A stretch of DNA of 64,000 nt from Escherichia coli phage phiS. The DNA lies in the sequence record PP449093.1; one strand, given 5' to 3'. The notes beneath the pieces are model-generated. The model saw nothing but the letters and a program-made list of their open reading frames with translations. It was not told the origin of the DNA and made no database searches. The position numbers and the translations under genes were made by a program. Below are positions 1 to 13,149 of the stretch, piece by piece; within the stretch, counting starts at the first letter, position 1; every line of letters starts with the position of its first letter.

Positions 1-213
1 TGTAGCAGTTCGGAAAGTCATCTGACCATCACGATTAAGATAACGTAGGCCGTACAATGCAGATACTGGTTGATCCGTTGGCTGGATTGCTACCAGGTCA
101 GAGAAAATCAGGTTGTTTACCGCGCGAGTTAATGATAATAGTTGCGGTCGCGCTGTCTGGTTAGCTACTGAGGAAGTAGATTCCCGCAACAGTTCAGTAA
201 AAATATGAGTCAT
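1..213 (-). CDS. 24: head vertex protein gp24 (5' part; 3' end lies beyond window start)
   Basis: Minus-strand ORF from ATG at 213..211 running off the window; N-terminus MTHIFTELLRESTSSVANQTARPQLLSLTRA resembles T4 gp24; sits downstream of gene 23 as in T4. Confidence 0.75.
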   Translation of the reverse strand, partial: MTHIFTELLRESTSSVANQTARPQLLSLTRAVNNLIFSDLVAIQPTDQPVSALYGLRYLNRDGQMTFRTAT

Positions 214-250
214 GTTTATGAATCCTGTATTTGCCTTAATGGATATATCA

Positions 251-258
251 TATTTATA
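251..258 (-). promoter_or_regulatory. T4-type late promoter (TATAAATA) for gene 24
   Basis: Plus-strand TATTTATA is TATAAATA on the minus strand, about 40 nt upstream of the gp24 ATG. Confidence 0.5.
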
Positions 259-260
259 CA

Positions 261-287
261 AAAAGAAAAAGGAATCCGAAGGATTCC
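261..287 (-). terminator. Rho-independent terminator-like hairpin
   Basis: Inverted repeat GGAATCC-GAA-GGATTCC followed by a T-run on the minus strand. Confidence 0.45.
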
Positions 288-297
288 AAAAATAAAC

Positions 298-450
298 TTA
301 CTTCTTCCTAGAAACATTATCAACGCTACGGTTAACTTTGTTTACCAGATTAATTGCATGATCAGAACGAATAATTGCATAAGCTAATGCTAACATCAAT
401 TCGTTGTATTCCTTACGAGTCATAACATAGCTGTTTTCTTTCTTACTCAT
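298..450 (-). CDS. small hypothetical protein (50 aa)
   Basis: Minus-strand ORF MSKKENSYVMTRKEYNELMLALAYAIIRSD... preceded by AAGGAGGA Shine-Dalgarno; below the 60-aa cutoff of the ORF track. Confidence 0.35.
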   Translation of the reverse strand: MSKKENSYVMTRKEYNELMLALAYAIIRSDHAINLVNKVNRSVDNVSRKK

Positions 451-461
451 GCATTTCCTCC

Positions 462-608
462 TTATGGAGAATTTGTGGTTAATTCAGGGAACAGCGTACC
501 AAAACCAAAATTACCGCTAGCGTCACGCTGAAATGTCATAACAAGGTCGGCATACACCAGATCTGTATATCTACCAAATCTATCCGACCTAATACTCATT
601 TCATTCAT
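462..608 (-). CDS. small hypothetical protein (48 aa)
   Basis: Minus-strand ORF MNEMSIRSDRFGRYTDLVYADLVMTF... with AAGGA 4 nt upstream; its stop abuts the RBS of the next small ORF. Confidence 0.3.
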   Translation of the reverse strand: MNEMSIRSDRFGRYTDLVYADLVMTFQRDASGNFGFGTLFPELTTNSP

Positions 609-724
609 TGGTCCTTTGCCATGTAGTTACTACGAAAATTGGTGGAATTGTTTGTTGTGTATATCTATTTTAGCTCCCAATAGAATATAGGCTTGCAACC
701 TTATTTATGACGGGTTATAATACG

Positions 725-754
725 CAAAAAGGGAAGACCCTTTCGAGTCTTCCC
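725..754 (-). terminator. Rho-independent terminator downstream of gene 23
   Basis: Inverted repeat GGGAAGAC-N8-GTCTTCCC followed by TTTTT on the minus strand. Confidence 0.55.
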
Positions 755-839
755 TTTGGAATTAACACTTTACACTGTCATAAGGTTTATGATAGGTCGG
801 GTATTGCACCCGACCGGAGTTTTTCAGGAATGGCTTATA

Positions 840-2426
840 TTAGCAACCTTTAACCCATACACGACGGAAGTATGCGTTTTTACCTACGCTGTCTTTGCTC
901 AACATACCGGAGGTGATGCGAGCGGACGGCGCCTGGGATTTGCTGTCAGCAAACGGGTTGATGCCAATGCCATAGCGAGTCTTGAAGCCCAGAACCGGGT
1001 GGAAAGACTGCGGATCAGTTGCACGCAGCGGAGTCAGAGCAACATACGGAGCATAGTAGATACCAGCATCCATTTCGTTGTCACCTTTGTAACCTACGGT
1101 GAAGTAGTCCTGACGAGCATACTGGTCGATGAATACTTTGTACTTACCAGCCAGAACACCAGCGAAAACAGCTTTAGTGGTGTCGGTATTCAGACCTTTT
1201 GCAGCACCCTGCATAGCAAGACTGATACCCTGATCAGCAGAAGCCAGAATGTTTACAACGTTACGGGAAGCGATAACAAAGTTACCAGCACCGCGACCAG
1301 TCTGACGAGCGATTTCAGCAGCTTCTTTGTCGATCTGGTAAATCAGAGACTTGAAGGATTCACCAGCCCAACGAGCACCGCGAGTATCAATCGGGTCTTG
1401 CAGGTCAAATACACCAGCTTTAGAACCAACGGTCTGAGTCATACCAGTCTTACCAACCTGAGCGGTAAAGTTGATCACATCAACGATTTCACGGTTGATT
1501 TCCAGCAGAACTTCGTTAGCCAGAATAGCATTCAGTTCAGCGTCAGCGTCCATACCGTGAACAGCACGCAGATCCTGCGCAACTTCGATAGAGTAACGAG
1601 CTTTCAGTTGGCGAGATTTCGCTTCAACAACCTGTTTGTCAATACGCATTGACATTTCAGCCCACGGGTTATTCTGAGAACCGTTAAAGCCTTCCTGAAT
1701 TTCGGCAATGGAGGTCGCCATACCGAAAGCGATTTCAGCCAGATCGCCTTTTTCGATCAGTTTCATAACCGTTTCGTCTGGGGTTTCTTGACCTGCTTTG
1801 GTCGGGGTTACTGCCCCTGCGGTAACGTTTTGCAGATATGCAATGCCAGTTTCTGCGAAGGTGTGGTATACAATATCACCTGCGTCAATCTGAGTACCGA
1901 TTGCCAGTTGCTTGAATGCAGTACCAGTTGGAGATTCAGTCGTTGCACCTTTAGCAGCAAGAGAGCTATGGAAAGCATCAGGCGCATACATCGGGTGGAA
2001 TGCTTCTTTAGCCTGAGGCGCCAGCGGGTTAGGACCGTATACAGAACGGATTGCAAAGATCTGGCTAGTCGGAGTGCTCATCGGCTGAACGCCACAAATA
2101 TCAAATGCGATCAGGTTAGGAATAGCACGGCGAACCATACCGATAACAGCCGGACCTACGTTGGTGATTGCGCCAGTAGTCTGACCAGCCGCGATGTGAG
2201 ATGCGTCATAACCGTGGTCGCCAGCAACTTCGGCTTCTGCGATAAAGCCACCAAATGCTTCAACAACTTTTTCATCCTTATAGATCGGGTCTACAGCAAA
2301 ATCCGCTTCCTGAGATTCCAGAATTTTAGCAACCAGTTTCTGCTTAGACGCAGTTGCGATTTCCGGCAGTTTTTCGTTCTCCAGCAGCGGGGACCATTTT
2401 TCCATCAGTTCTTTGGTAGTTTTCAT
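840..2426 (-). CDS. 23: major capsid protein gp23
   Basis: 528-aa ORF; N-terminus and internal blocks (GDHGYDASHIAAGQTTGAITNVGPAVIGMVRRAIPNLIAFDICGVQPM) match recalled T4 gp23; synteny 24-23-22. Confidence 0.95.
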   Translation of the reverse strand: MKTTKELMEKWSPLLENEKLPEIATASKQKLVAKILESQEADFAVDPIYKDEKVVEAFGGFIAEAEVAGDHGYDASHIAAGQTTGAITNVGPAVIGMVRRAIPNLIAFDICGVQPMSTPTSQIFAIRSVYGPNPLAPQAKEAFHPMYAPDAFHSSLAAKGATTESPTGTAFKQLAIGTQIDAGDIVYHTFAETGIAYLQNVTAGAVTPTKAGQETPDETVMKLIEKGDLAEIAFGMATSIAEIQEGFNGSQNNPWAEMSMRIDKQVVEAKSRQLKARYSIEVAQDLRAVHGMDADAELNAILANEVLLEINREIVDVINFTAQVGKTGMTQTVGSKAGVFDLQDPIDTRGARWAGESFKSLIYQIDKEAAEIARQTGRGAGNFVIASRNVVNILASADQGISLAMQGAAKGLNTDTTKAVFAGVLAGKYKVFIDQYARQDYFTVGYKGDNEMDAGIYYAPYVALTPLRATDPQSFHPVLGFKTRYGIGINPFADSKSQAPSARITSGMLSKDSVGKNAYFRRVWVKGC

Positions 2427-2459
2427 GTTCTTTAAACCTTGTTTGTTGTTAACCTAAAG

Positions 2460-2467
2460 TATTTATA
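2460..2467 (-). promoter_or_regulatory. T4-type late promoter (TATAAATA) for gene 23
   Basis: TATAAATA on the minus strand about 35 nt upstream of the gp23 ATG. Confidence 0.6.
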
Positions 2468-2485
2468 AAGTAGATTTGAATTACA

Positions 2486-3280
2486 TTAGATGAAATTCAG
2501 GTAGCGGGATACGCCGGAATCTACAGTTGCCTTTTTCTCTGATTCTTCGACAGCTTCTGCAATAACATTCAGCTTGTCGGCATCAGTATTTAGTGATTCT
2601 TCAATCTTCGCTGGTTTGTCTTCTTTCTTAGCCACCATTTCGACAATTGCAGTTAATTTCTTATCGAAAGTTTCGCTATATTCCAGACCTTCAATCAGCG
2701 CGGTTACTTTTTCTTTCTGAGTATCGGAAAGATCACGAGTGCTTTCATTGATCGCTTGTTCGCGCTTCATGTCACGAATTTCGCTTTCAAGTTGCAGTTT
2801 GGCATCAAAGAGTTCAGAGGTTTTTTCTTTTTCTTCTTTGAGTGCTTCGTCAAGTTCAGCAACAACGTCTACAGATTCTTCCGGTACTACAACATTGTGA
2901 GTAACGAAAACATCTTTCAGAGAACCAATCAGGGATTCGCACAGATCCGCTTTAATATTACGGGTGACGGCTTCTTTATTTTCTGCCAGCCATTTAGCGC
3001 CTAAGTGATTCAGGAATTTATCTGCATCTTCGTACAGTTTGGTTTCAATCTCGGTGCGTGCTTCTTCGACCTTTGATTCTACCAGTTCATCGGCTTTAGC
3101 GGCGATTTTTTCAAGGTGGCTTTCTGCCAGTGCAACAGCATTAGCTTTTACCGCCTGAGCGTAGATAGTACCAAAATTTTCTTTTACTTCCGGCGACAGT
3201 TCGACGGATTCAAACAGGTCATCGAGAGCAACGTCTACGGTGATCTGTTTTGCTTCTTCGAGCAGCATTTCTTTAAGCAT
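2486..3280 (-). CDS. 22: prohead core scaffold protein gp22
   Basis: 264-aa highly acidic, helix-rich ORF immediately upstream of gene 23; T4 synteny and size. Confidence 0.8.
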   Translation of the reverse strand: MLKEMLLEEAKQITVDVALDDLFESVELSPEVKENFGTIYAQAVKANAVALAESHLEKIAAKADELVESKVEEARTEIETKLYEDADKFLNHLGAKWLAENKEAVTRNIKADLCESLIGSLKDVFVTHNVVVPEESVDVVAELDEALKEEKEKTSELFDAKLQLESEIRDMKREQAINESTRDLSDTQKEKVTALIEGLEYSETFDKKLTAIVEMVAKKEDKPAKIEESLNTDADKLNVIAEAVEESEKKATVDSGVSRYLNFI

Positions 3281-3311
3281 GGTTATAACCTTCTTGTTGA
3301 TAACGACGTTA

Positions 3312-4007
3312 TTATTTATAGCGTTTAGATAACGCTTCTGCGAGCGCCATAAACGCGCTATTATTCGATTCTACGATGTTTTGTTGTGAGGCTGTAGGGT
3401 TAGTCACTTTTTCGGTTTTATCGCTTTCTGGTGCGTCTGACGCGCTAGAATCGCTATCCGTTGACTCAACCACCGGAGTTACCCACGCATCCGGTGCGCT
3501 CGGACCCCAAACAACATCAACACCAACCGTCAACACAAAACCTTCCTGTACAATATTGTATCCGCGACCAGAGTCTTTCAACCGACCCAACCCACGGGAG
3601 GAAACGCCAGGAATCCAGCCAGCGCGAATCAGTGCAGCAAGTTTATCACCTGCGCCTTTATCCCCTTCAATAACACGGGCTTTACCCATCACGTTATTAC
3701 CTTCCCACCATAATTTTTCAATTATGATGCAAGCATTAGATGGATCTGGCATTGCTCTTGCTGGGTGATTAAGTTCGCCTAGAGCTTGATGTGTCTCAAC
3801 TTGTTCATGTATGTATTTAGTAACCGCATTTTCTAGAACACTGCGAGGATACCAGCGTTTATTACGGTTTACCGTTTCGGCTTGCAGGAAAATCCCTTGA
3901 ATATAGAGATTTCCTGTAGCCTTATCATCAAATGATTCAAGCAATGACGAACTACCGCGAGCACAAGGAACGCCCCATTGTTCGATCAGTAATTCGTTCT
4001 TTTCCAT
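3312..4007 (-). CDS. 21: prohead protease gp21
   Basis: 231-aa ORF in the T4 gene 21 position between 68 and 22. Confidence 0.8.
   Translation of the reverse strand: MEKNELLIEQWGVPCARGSSSLLESFDDKATGNLYIQGIFLQAETVNRNKRWYPRSVLENAVTKYIHEQVETHQALGELNHPARAMPDPSNACIIIEKLWWEGNNVMGKARVIEGDKGAGDKLAALIRAGWIPGVSSRGLGRLKDSGRGYNIVQEGFVLTVGVDVVWGPSAPDAWVTPVVESTDSDSSASDAPESDKTEKVTNPTASQQNIVESNNSAFMALAEALSKRYK
3313..3320 (-). promoter_or_regulatory. T4-type late promoter (TATAAATA) for gene 22
   Basis: TATAAATA on the minus strand about 35 nt upstream of the gp22 ATG. Confidence 0.5.
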
Positions 4008-4018
4008 GTTGTTTCCTG

Positions 4019-4426
4019 TTATAATCCTAACGCCTTACGTTTACGCATTGCTTTTTTGCGCTTACGTTCCGCATGACGTTCGATAGATGGATTTGCACGT
4101 TTGGTTTTTGCAGCACGACGGGCAATTTGACGGCGTTTAGCTTTGCTTAGGCCAGTAGTCATGTAAGCATTACGCTCACGGGTTTTGCGATCTTTCTTAC
4201 GTTCAACTTCCCCGCGTGCGTTTACATGTTTAACCATTGCTTCATTTACAGTAATTCCGTCGATGATAGACAGCATTGCTACCGCCAGTTCAGGCTCATC
4301 CTCGGAGATACCTTCAACGATTTTCAATAGTTCTTCTGACTCAAACATAGCCAACATGTCCAATTTTTCCTGTGCTTCCGGCAGAAAAGTTTCTAAGTCA
4401 GCTTTAGGAGTAAAATCTTTAATCAT
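4019..4426 (-). CDS. 68: prohead core protein gp68
   Basis: 135-aa ORF with basic C-terminus, in the T4 gene 68 position. Confidence 0.7.
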   Translation of the reverse strand: MIKDFTPKADLETFLPEAQEKLDMLAMFESEELLKIVEGISEDEPELAVAMLSIIDGITVNEAMVKHVNARGEVERKKDRKTRERNAYMTTGLSKAKRRQIARRAAKTKRANPSIERHAERKRKKAMRKRKALGL

Positions 4427-4438
4427 GTTGGCTTCCTA

Positions 4439-4681
4439 TTATTCGTCGTCTTCTTTGTCTTTTTTATCGTCTTTGCGATCTTCGTCTTCGTCGTCCTCAT
4501 CTTCCATATCTTCTTCATCATCGCGGTCTTTTTCTTCTTCACCTTCGATCATGATACTGGATGCGATTTCGACACGCTGGGATTCGATGATCTGGGCTTT
4601 TTTAGCCTCCATGATCTTATCAAATTCTTTTTCGATCAGCGTTAGATCGCGAGTTTTAATTGCTTCGATAAATTGTTTCAT
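4439..4681 (-). CDS. 67: prohead core protein gp67
   Basis: 80-aa ORF with extremely acidic C-terminus (DDEEDMEDEDDEDEDRKDDKKDKEDDE); same size and position as T4 gp67. Confidence 0.7.
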   Translation of the reverse strand: MKQFIEAIKTRDLTLIEKEFDKIMEAKKAQIIESQRVEIASSIMIEGEEEKDRDDEEDMEDEDDEDEDRKDDKKDKEDDE

Positions 4682-6247
4682 TTAAAAATCCTCTATTTCA
4701 TCGGGAGTTTGTTTAAAGCGCGGATCGTTCGCTTCTTCTTCGATCTGTTTCTTCTCGGTGTCCATCTGGTCATCGGTATATTTCAGAATGTCACGCATCA
4801 CTGTCTGGTTAGAGAAATATTTACCAATGTAAGGTGTAATACGTTCGATTAGACCGATTCGACGTTCTAAAATTTCCGCGTCTTTAACTTCTGTATAGTA
4901 AGAGTCCCGATGGAAAACCACCTTGATATTATTTATTTCACGATCCCAATCGTCTTCCGTAATTACATTTTTGAGAATCAGATTATATTTCAGAGGATCG
5001 CGCAATACTTCCGAAAACTGTGATTGCAGAGTTCTAATGAATTTCGAAAATTCCAACTCATCGCGAGTAATTTCTGAACCGTCACCACCGATCACCATAT
5101 TAGCATCGGAGAGATTACTACGTGACAATGGCACACGCAACGCTTCATACAACTTACGGTTAAAGTAGCGAATATCATCGATATCACTCATACCGGATGC
5201 ACCGGGTAAAGTAGTAACGTCGGTGATTGCTTTACCATCTCGACGCTGTAACCAGTAGTCCTCTGTCATTGATAGATTTGCTTGCTGGTTTTTAAGTTTA
5301 CCAGTCGATGCATCATAAACAACGCGGTTTTTAAAAGACTGTGCCACTGAGTTCATGTGCTGTGCAGCCTTGCGGTTGTTCATGTTTCCGGTATCAATAA
5401 AGAACACTCGGCGTTCCGGTGCACGCGTGATACGATAAACGACCATTGCGTCTTCCAACAATTTAAGCTGGTTTGCTGGCTTAACCGCCCGATGCAAATA
5501 ACCAATGATATATTTATCATCGCAATCCATCAAGCCGCTGTGAGCGTATGTAATAGCACTACGCGGGATTTTAACGCGACTATTAGGAGAGAATACTTGA
5601 CCACCTGCGCAATAAGAGCTATTACCTACAGTGTAGATGAAATATTCTTTCGTTGCTTTATAAATTTTACCTTCCGGTGTGTCTTCTGTAATGATCTCTC
5701 GAACGTATTCAAGATTTCGTGGATCAAGCTGGCGTAATTCTACGATACCATCTTTTGGATTTTTGCCGATGATTTTATGGAAGAAAATACGAGAATCGAC
5801 ATACCAGCGACGGAACATATCCTGACCACGCTTATCAAACTGGATAGTGTTTAAAAGATCTTTAAATTCTTCATGAATGCGCTCTTTTACAGATTCACTA
5901 AAGCCAGTCGCCTCAAGATTTAATGAAACAACGTCATGACCGTCTTCGAATACAATAGCATCGTTAACGATATTTTGTACAGCGTTTTCGACTTCATGGT
6001 TATTCATCAAACCGCGATATGTGTTAACTAATTGCTTAGTTGTACTGATTTTCTGGTCGGTGCTGTAAAATTGCTGGGTAAGAGAGTTCCACGCGCTAGC
6101 AGGTGAATTATCATTAATTTCTACTTCCGTAGCACCATCATTGTTTTTAGGTGCGGCGATAGACTCTGCTTTATCTTTAATTTGTTCTTCGTATTTGTCG
6201 TTGTCAAAATCAGCCCAACGCGCAAGCATTTTTAATCTACTAAACAT
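4682..6247 (-). CDS. 20: portal vertex protein gp20
   Basis: 521-aa ORF; size and synteny with T4 gp20 (524 aa). Confidence 0.9.
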   Translation of the reverse strand: MFSRLKMLARWADFDNDKYEEQIKDKAESIAAPKNNDGATEVEINDNSPASAWNSLTQQFYSTDQKISTTKQLVNTYRGLMNNHEVENAVQNIVNDAIVFEDGHDVVSLNLEATGFSESVKERIHEEFKDLLNTIQFDKRGQDMFRRWYVDSRIFFHKIIGKNPKDGIVELRQLDPRNLEYVREIITEDTPEGKIYKATKEYFIYTVGNSSYCAGGQVFSPNSRVKIPRSAITYAHSGLMDCDDKYIIGYLHRAVKPANQLKLLEDAMVVYRITRAPERRVFFIDTGNMNNRKAAQHMNSVAQSFKNRVVYDASTGKLKNQQANLSMTEDYWLQRRDGKAITDVTTLPGASGMSDIDDIRYFNRKLYEALRVPLSRSNLSDANMVIGGDGSEITRDELEFSKFIRTLQSQFSEVLRDPLKYNLILKNVITEDDWDREINNIKVVFHRDSYYTEVKDAEILERRIGLIERITPYIGKYFSNQTVMRDILKYTDDQMDTEKKQIEEEANDPRFKQTPDEIEDF

Positions 6248-6260
6248 TATTCACCTCGAA

Positions 6261-6293
6261 TTGGGAGAAATTAAGCGGGGAACTTCTCCCCGC
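6261..6293 (-). other. GC-rich intergenic hairpin (GCGGGGA-N-TCCCCGC) between genes 20 and 19
   Basis: Perfect inverted repeat gcggggaacttctccccgc in the 58-nt gap between gp19 stop and gp20 start. Confidence 0.5.
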
Positions 6294-6305
6294 ATGATAA
6301 TATAT

Positions 6306-6800
6306 TTATTCTACCCAATCGATAGCAAAAGTAACTTCAAACGTTTCAACTTCGTTGTTTTGTTCCCAATCGAGGGTTACTTCACCAACGTTGGTCGGGA
6401 AAATACCGTACAATGTTTTTTCGCTAGTTGATTCGGTGTTACGGTTAAGTTGACGAACAATAGCTTGTTTCTTATATTGTGCAGGAGTTGCACCAGTGAT
6501 CGCCGAACCTGTGCCATGTGTCTGATCGCTCCATGCAACGATAGCATCACGGATCTTGTGTGCGTCATCGTTGAATACAGTGATGGTCCAGTCGTCGTAT
6601 ACACGGTCGCCAGCGATGTTAATTTTACGGTTTTGATAGCCTACAGCAATTTTTTCTACGGTTGCGGCCGGGACAGTCGCAGCCTTACACATCAGCTTAA
6701 AGTTTTGCCCCAGATACGGGATCTCAACTTCAAACAGGTTAGGACGAGCAAAATCGCCAGACTCGAAACCGCGTGTAATATCATTCAAATCGAGTGCCAT
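6306..6800 (-). CDS. 19: tail tube protein gp19
   Basis: 164-aa ORF; T4 gp19 size and position between 20 and 18. Confidence 0.85.
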   Translation of the reverse strand: MALDLNDITRGFESGDFARPNLFEVEIPYLGQNFKLMCKAATVPAATVEKIAVGYQNRKINIAGDRVYDDWTITVFNDDAHKIRDAIVAWSDQTHGTGSAITGATPAQYKKQAIVRQLNRNTESTSEKTLYGIFPTNVGEVTLDWEQNNEVETFEVTFAIDWVE

Positions 6801-6820
6801 AATTGATATTCCTTAATAGA

Positions 6821-6839
6821 GCGGGGATTTTCTCCCCGC
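6821..6839 (-). other. GC-rich intergenic hairpin (GCGGGGA-N-TCCCCGC)
   Basis: Inverted repeat gcggggattttctccccgc between the HNH ORF stop and gp19 start; near-copy of the hairpin at 6261-6293. Confidence 0.5.
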
Positions 6840-6843
6840 TTGA

Positions 6844-7404
6844 TTAATCTAATAATTCCCAGACGTCAATACTATTTTTAGTGTATTTCTGTCTATTGTT
6901 TTCCCATGTGATTATTTCTAAATTCTTTATGCCGCCTATGATATGCGGCGGGATGTGATTATCAAATCCATAACGTATAGAAACTTTATGGTCTAGTTGA
7001 TATGCACCTTTTTTACCACACATTCCTAACTTATCGGCATTTTCCCATTTAGACCATATTGGCTTATGTTTTCGTGTCTCTGAATAAACACGGGCTTTAT
7101 ATTCCGCCAATTTATCCTTATCAGTTTTCCATCTTGGGTGATTTTCACCGCTAACGTGAGGGCGATGTGTGTTTTTTGTTTTTAACCCAGATTTGCGAGA
7201 TGCATCTTTCTTTGCACAAGAATAACATAAATGAATATCCCTTTTCATTAAAATTTGAAACTGTCTTTCAAATTTAGACCCGCATTCATCGCAAATACAA
7301 TTTACTTTTTTATTACTATTGATCGGTAGATTTTCTACAGGAACTTCAATAATAGAAAATGGTTTAACTTCATATCCTAAATGCTCTGTCCATCTTTTAG
7401 ACAT
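6844..7404 (-). CDS. free-standing HNH homing endonuclease (zinc-finger + HNH)
   Basis: ORF trimmed to Met MSKRWTEHLGY; CxxC...CxxC zinc-finger motifs and HNH-like motif YQLDHKVSIRYGF...NLEIITWENNRQK; inserted between genes 19 and 18, which I recall as adjacent in T4. Confidence 0.65.
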   Translation of the reverse strand: MSKRWTEHLGYEVKPFSIIEVPVENLPINSNKKVNCICDECGSKFERQFQILMKRDIHLCYSCAKKDASRKSGLKTKNTHRPHVSGENHPRWKTDKDKLAEYKARVYSETRKHKPIWSKWENADKLGMCGKKGAYQLDHKVSIRYGFDNHIPPHIIGGIKNLEIITWENNRQKYTKNSIDVWELLD

Positions 7405-7466
7405 TGCTCTTACATTTATAAAGACCGGTTTAGTAGTAATCACATGGGAATCCTCGCTTGTTAATG

Positions 7467-7485
7467 GGGGGAGTTGACCTCCCCC
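7467..7485 (-). other. GC-rich intergenic hairpin upstream of HNH endonuclease gene
   Basis: Inverted repeat gggggag-ttgac-ctccccc between gp18 stop and the HNH start. Confidence 0.45.
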
Positions 7486-7495
7486 TTCATTAATG

Positions 7496-9496
7496 TTATG
7501 CTTGGTTGGGTGGACCGATAATTTCGTCAAAATCAGCACCAGTTGCAACAGCCGTGAAGTTCAATAGAATGTAGTTAATCGATTTTGCTGGTTTGATGAA
7601 CATACTGGCAACAAATTCGTTACGATCAATTACATCCGGCGTGTTATTCGTGGTGTCGCATTGTACTCGGAAGTCATAAATGCCGCCCAGAGAGCGAATC
7701 GTGCTGAGATATTGCGAAACCTCCATACGGAAGGAAGCGCGAGTAAAGTTATCGTTGTTTTCAAACAGTTTGTATTTGCTTGAATCGCCGATATTCTTTT
7801 TCAGCATGTTAAACAGACGACGAACGTTAATGCGGTCAAACGGGCTAGGAACAGTCGTAGCGGTTTTATCACCCATCAGGATAAACCCTTCACCACCAGC
7901 ACCGATCACCGGGTTAATTGCGGACTGATACAGACGATCGCGGTGCGCTTTGCGAGGCTCAATTGCCAGTTTAACCACGTTCATGATCTGACCACGGTTA
8001 TAACCTGCCGGACTCATCCACGGCTGGGATACAGCATCAGTACGAGCGCACAGACCAGCAATATCAGCAGCCAACGGAACCCAACGGTTTACGTCGTTGT
8101 ATTTGTCATACTGATATTTGTAGTTACCATCAATAACCGCGTAAGTGGTATTAATGTTCATGTTGTTTTCATTATAGTTTCCTGAACCTTCGCGCCATGC
8201 AATCAGGTTATCAATTGCGGTAGTCACCGGAATATTAACAACAGTGCTACGCGGCGGAGAAACCATTACTAAGCAATCCTGACGCTCATCACCGATGGAA
8301 ACAGCATGTTTCTGTACGGTAGAGAACGCATCGCCTTCGCCAGCACATGCACCAGCGATCAACAGGTTTACGTGAATAGATTCACGTTCAGCAAACAGAT
8401 CCCAACCTTGCATCATCGCACCGATGAACGGATCAGCACCAACTCCACCAGTCGTTGCTTCGTTAGCAGAAACACCACCAGCAAGAGAGATAATACCACT
8501 GAAACCATCTACCCACCCTTGAGCGGTTGCATAGATGTACTGGCTAGAACCACGAGCAAAGAAGTCGTCCATGTAGATAGAATTGCCGTATACGTCTTTA
8601 TCCCCTTTCAGAGTAGACAGTACATAGGATTCTACCACAACACCATCGCGACGAACAATAAATGCATATTGATTATCATTCTGCGGTGCATATGGAATCA
8701 GGTTGCGTGCTGCGGTGCGCTCGCCACCATAAGGATACATGGTCAGATCCGGTGCAGTATTCTTAAACGCACTACGTGCCAGAATTTCAACTTCCAGAGA
8801 GTTACCAATCTCACCAGCATAGATCGCGCTTACCGCTGGCATGTCATATTTCTTGAGTTTAGTCAAGAAAGTTTGACTTGTGATATTGGCACGGGAAGTT
8901 TCCAGATCCGTTAAGAGAAGACCGGAATCGGTAACAATTTTAGTTACTGACAGCGCCGCACTACCGTTACCTGACGAAGAAGTGAACTCTGCCGTCCAAC
9001 CTCCATCAAGTTCTGGATATACACCGATTGCTTTAGCGTGAGCGATAATTTTACCAGTTGGGATAAATACGCCCTTAACTTTACCATCACCATCAACTTT
9101 AGTTACTTTACCTGCCGTTTCAATCTCTTGACGGTTATGTTTAATCTTGATGGTATCGCCTACTTTATAGTTTGAACCTTCGTTTGTGATTTCAAACTCT
9201 ACGTTACCAGCTAGGGCAGTTGCGTTTTTTGCTTTTTCTTTATTGAGTACACGAACAACACGCAGGTCATTGCCATACTGGAGGAAGTTAGCCCCGCTCA
9301 TGAAATAGTCTGCGGTGTTATTATCCGGCTGACCAAATTTATTAACTAATTCAACTTCATTAGTTACTTGAATAATCTGGAAAGCTGGACCCCATTGGAA
9401 TTTACCCACCAGTGCCGCGCGACCAGTCGCAGATTGCACAATGGTAGTGGAGAGAGTAGTTTCTTTCGTTTCGAAACCCGGTGATAATAGAGTCAT
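7496..9496 (-). CDS. 18: tail sheath protein gp18
   Basis: 666-aa ORF; size and synteny with T4 gp18 (659 aa). Confidence 0.9.
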   Translation of the reverse strand: MTLLSPGFETKETTLSTTIVQSATGRAALVGKFQWGPAFQIIQVTNEVELVNKFGQPDNNTADYFMSGANFLQYGNDLRVVRVLNKEKAKNATALAGNVEFEITNEGSNYKVGDTIKIKHNRQEIETAGKVTKVDGDGKVKGVFIPTGKIIAHAKAIGVYPELDGGWTAEFTSSSGNGSAALSVTKIVTDSGLLLTDLETSRANITSQTFLTKLKKYDMPAVSAIYAGEIGNSLEVEILARSAFKNTAPDLTMYPYGGERTAARNLIPYAPQNDNQYAFIVRRDGVVVESYVLSTLKGDKDVYGNSIYMDDFFARGSSQYIYATAQGWVDGFSGIISLAGGVSANEATTGGVGADPFIGAMMQGWDLFAERESIHVNLLIAGACAGEGDAFSTVQKHAVSIGDERQDCLVMVSPPRSTVVNIPVTTAIDNLIAWREGSGNYNENNMNINTTYAVIDGNYKYQYDKYNDVNRWVPLAADIAGLCARTDAVSQPWMSPAGYNRGQIMNVVKLAIEPRKAHRDRLYQSAINPVIGAGGEGFILMGDKTATTVPSPFDRINVRRLFNMLKKNIGDSSKYKLFENNDNFTRASFRMEVSQYLSTIRSLGGIYDFRVQCDTTNNTPDVIDRNEFVASMFIKPAKSINYILLNFTAVATGADFDEIIGPPNQA

Positions 9497-9527
9497 TAGA
9501 ATTTCCTCATCTTTTTATGCATTATCG

Positions 9528-13136
<3,609 letters not shown>

Positions 13137-13149
13137 AATAAATTACCTC

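Noticed and set aside
205-387. Plus-strand ORF 205-387
   Set aside because: It overlaps the gp24 start and a minus-strand small ORF and terminator; the minus-strand reading is supported by the late promoter, RBS and T4 synteny.
756-2435. Plus-strand ORFs 756-1652 and 1788-2435 from the six-frame track
   Set aside because: They lie antisense within the major capsid gene (minus strand), have low-complexity composition and no RBS; judged shadow ORFs.
4439-4681. Acidic low-complexity stretch in gp67 as a possible repeat expansion or insertion
   Set aside because: An extremely acidic tail is a native feature of the T4 prohead core protein gp67 as I recall; size (80 aa) matches.
4185-4685. Ser-rich plus-strand ORF 4185-4685
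   Set aside because: Antisense to gp68/gp67; its poly-Ser is the mirror of the acidic GAA/GAC-rich codons of gp67; not a real gene.
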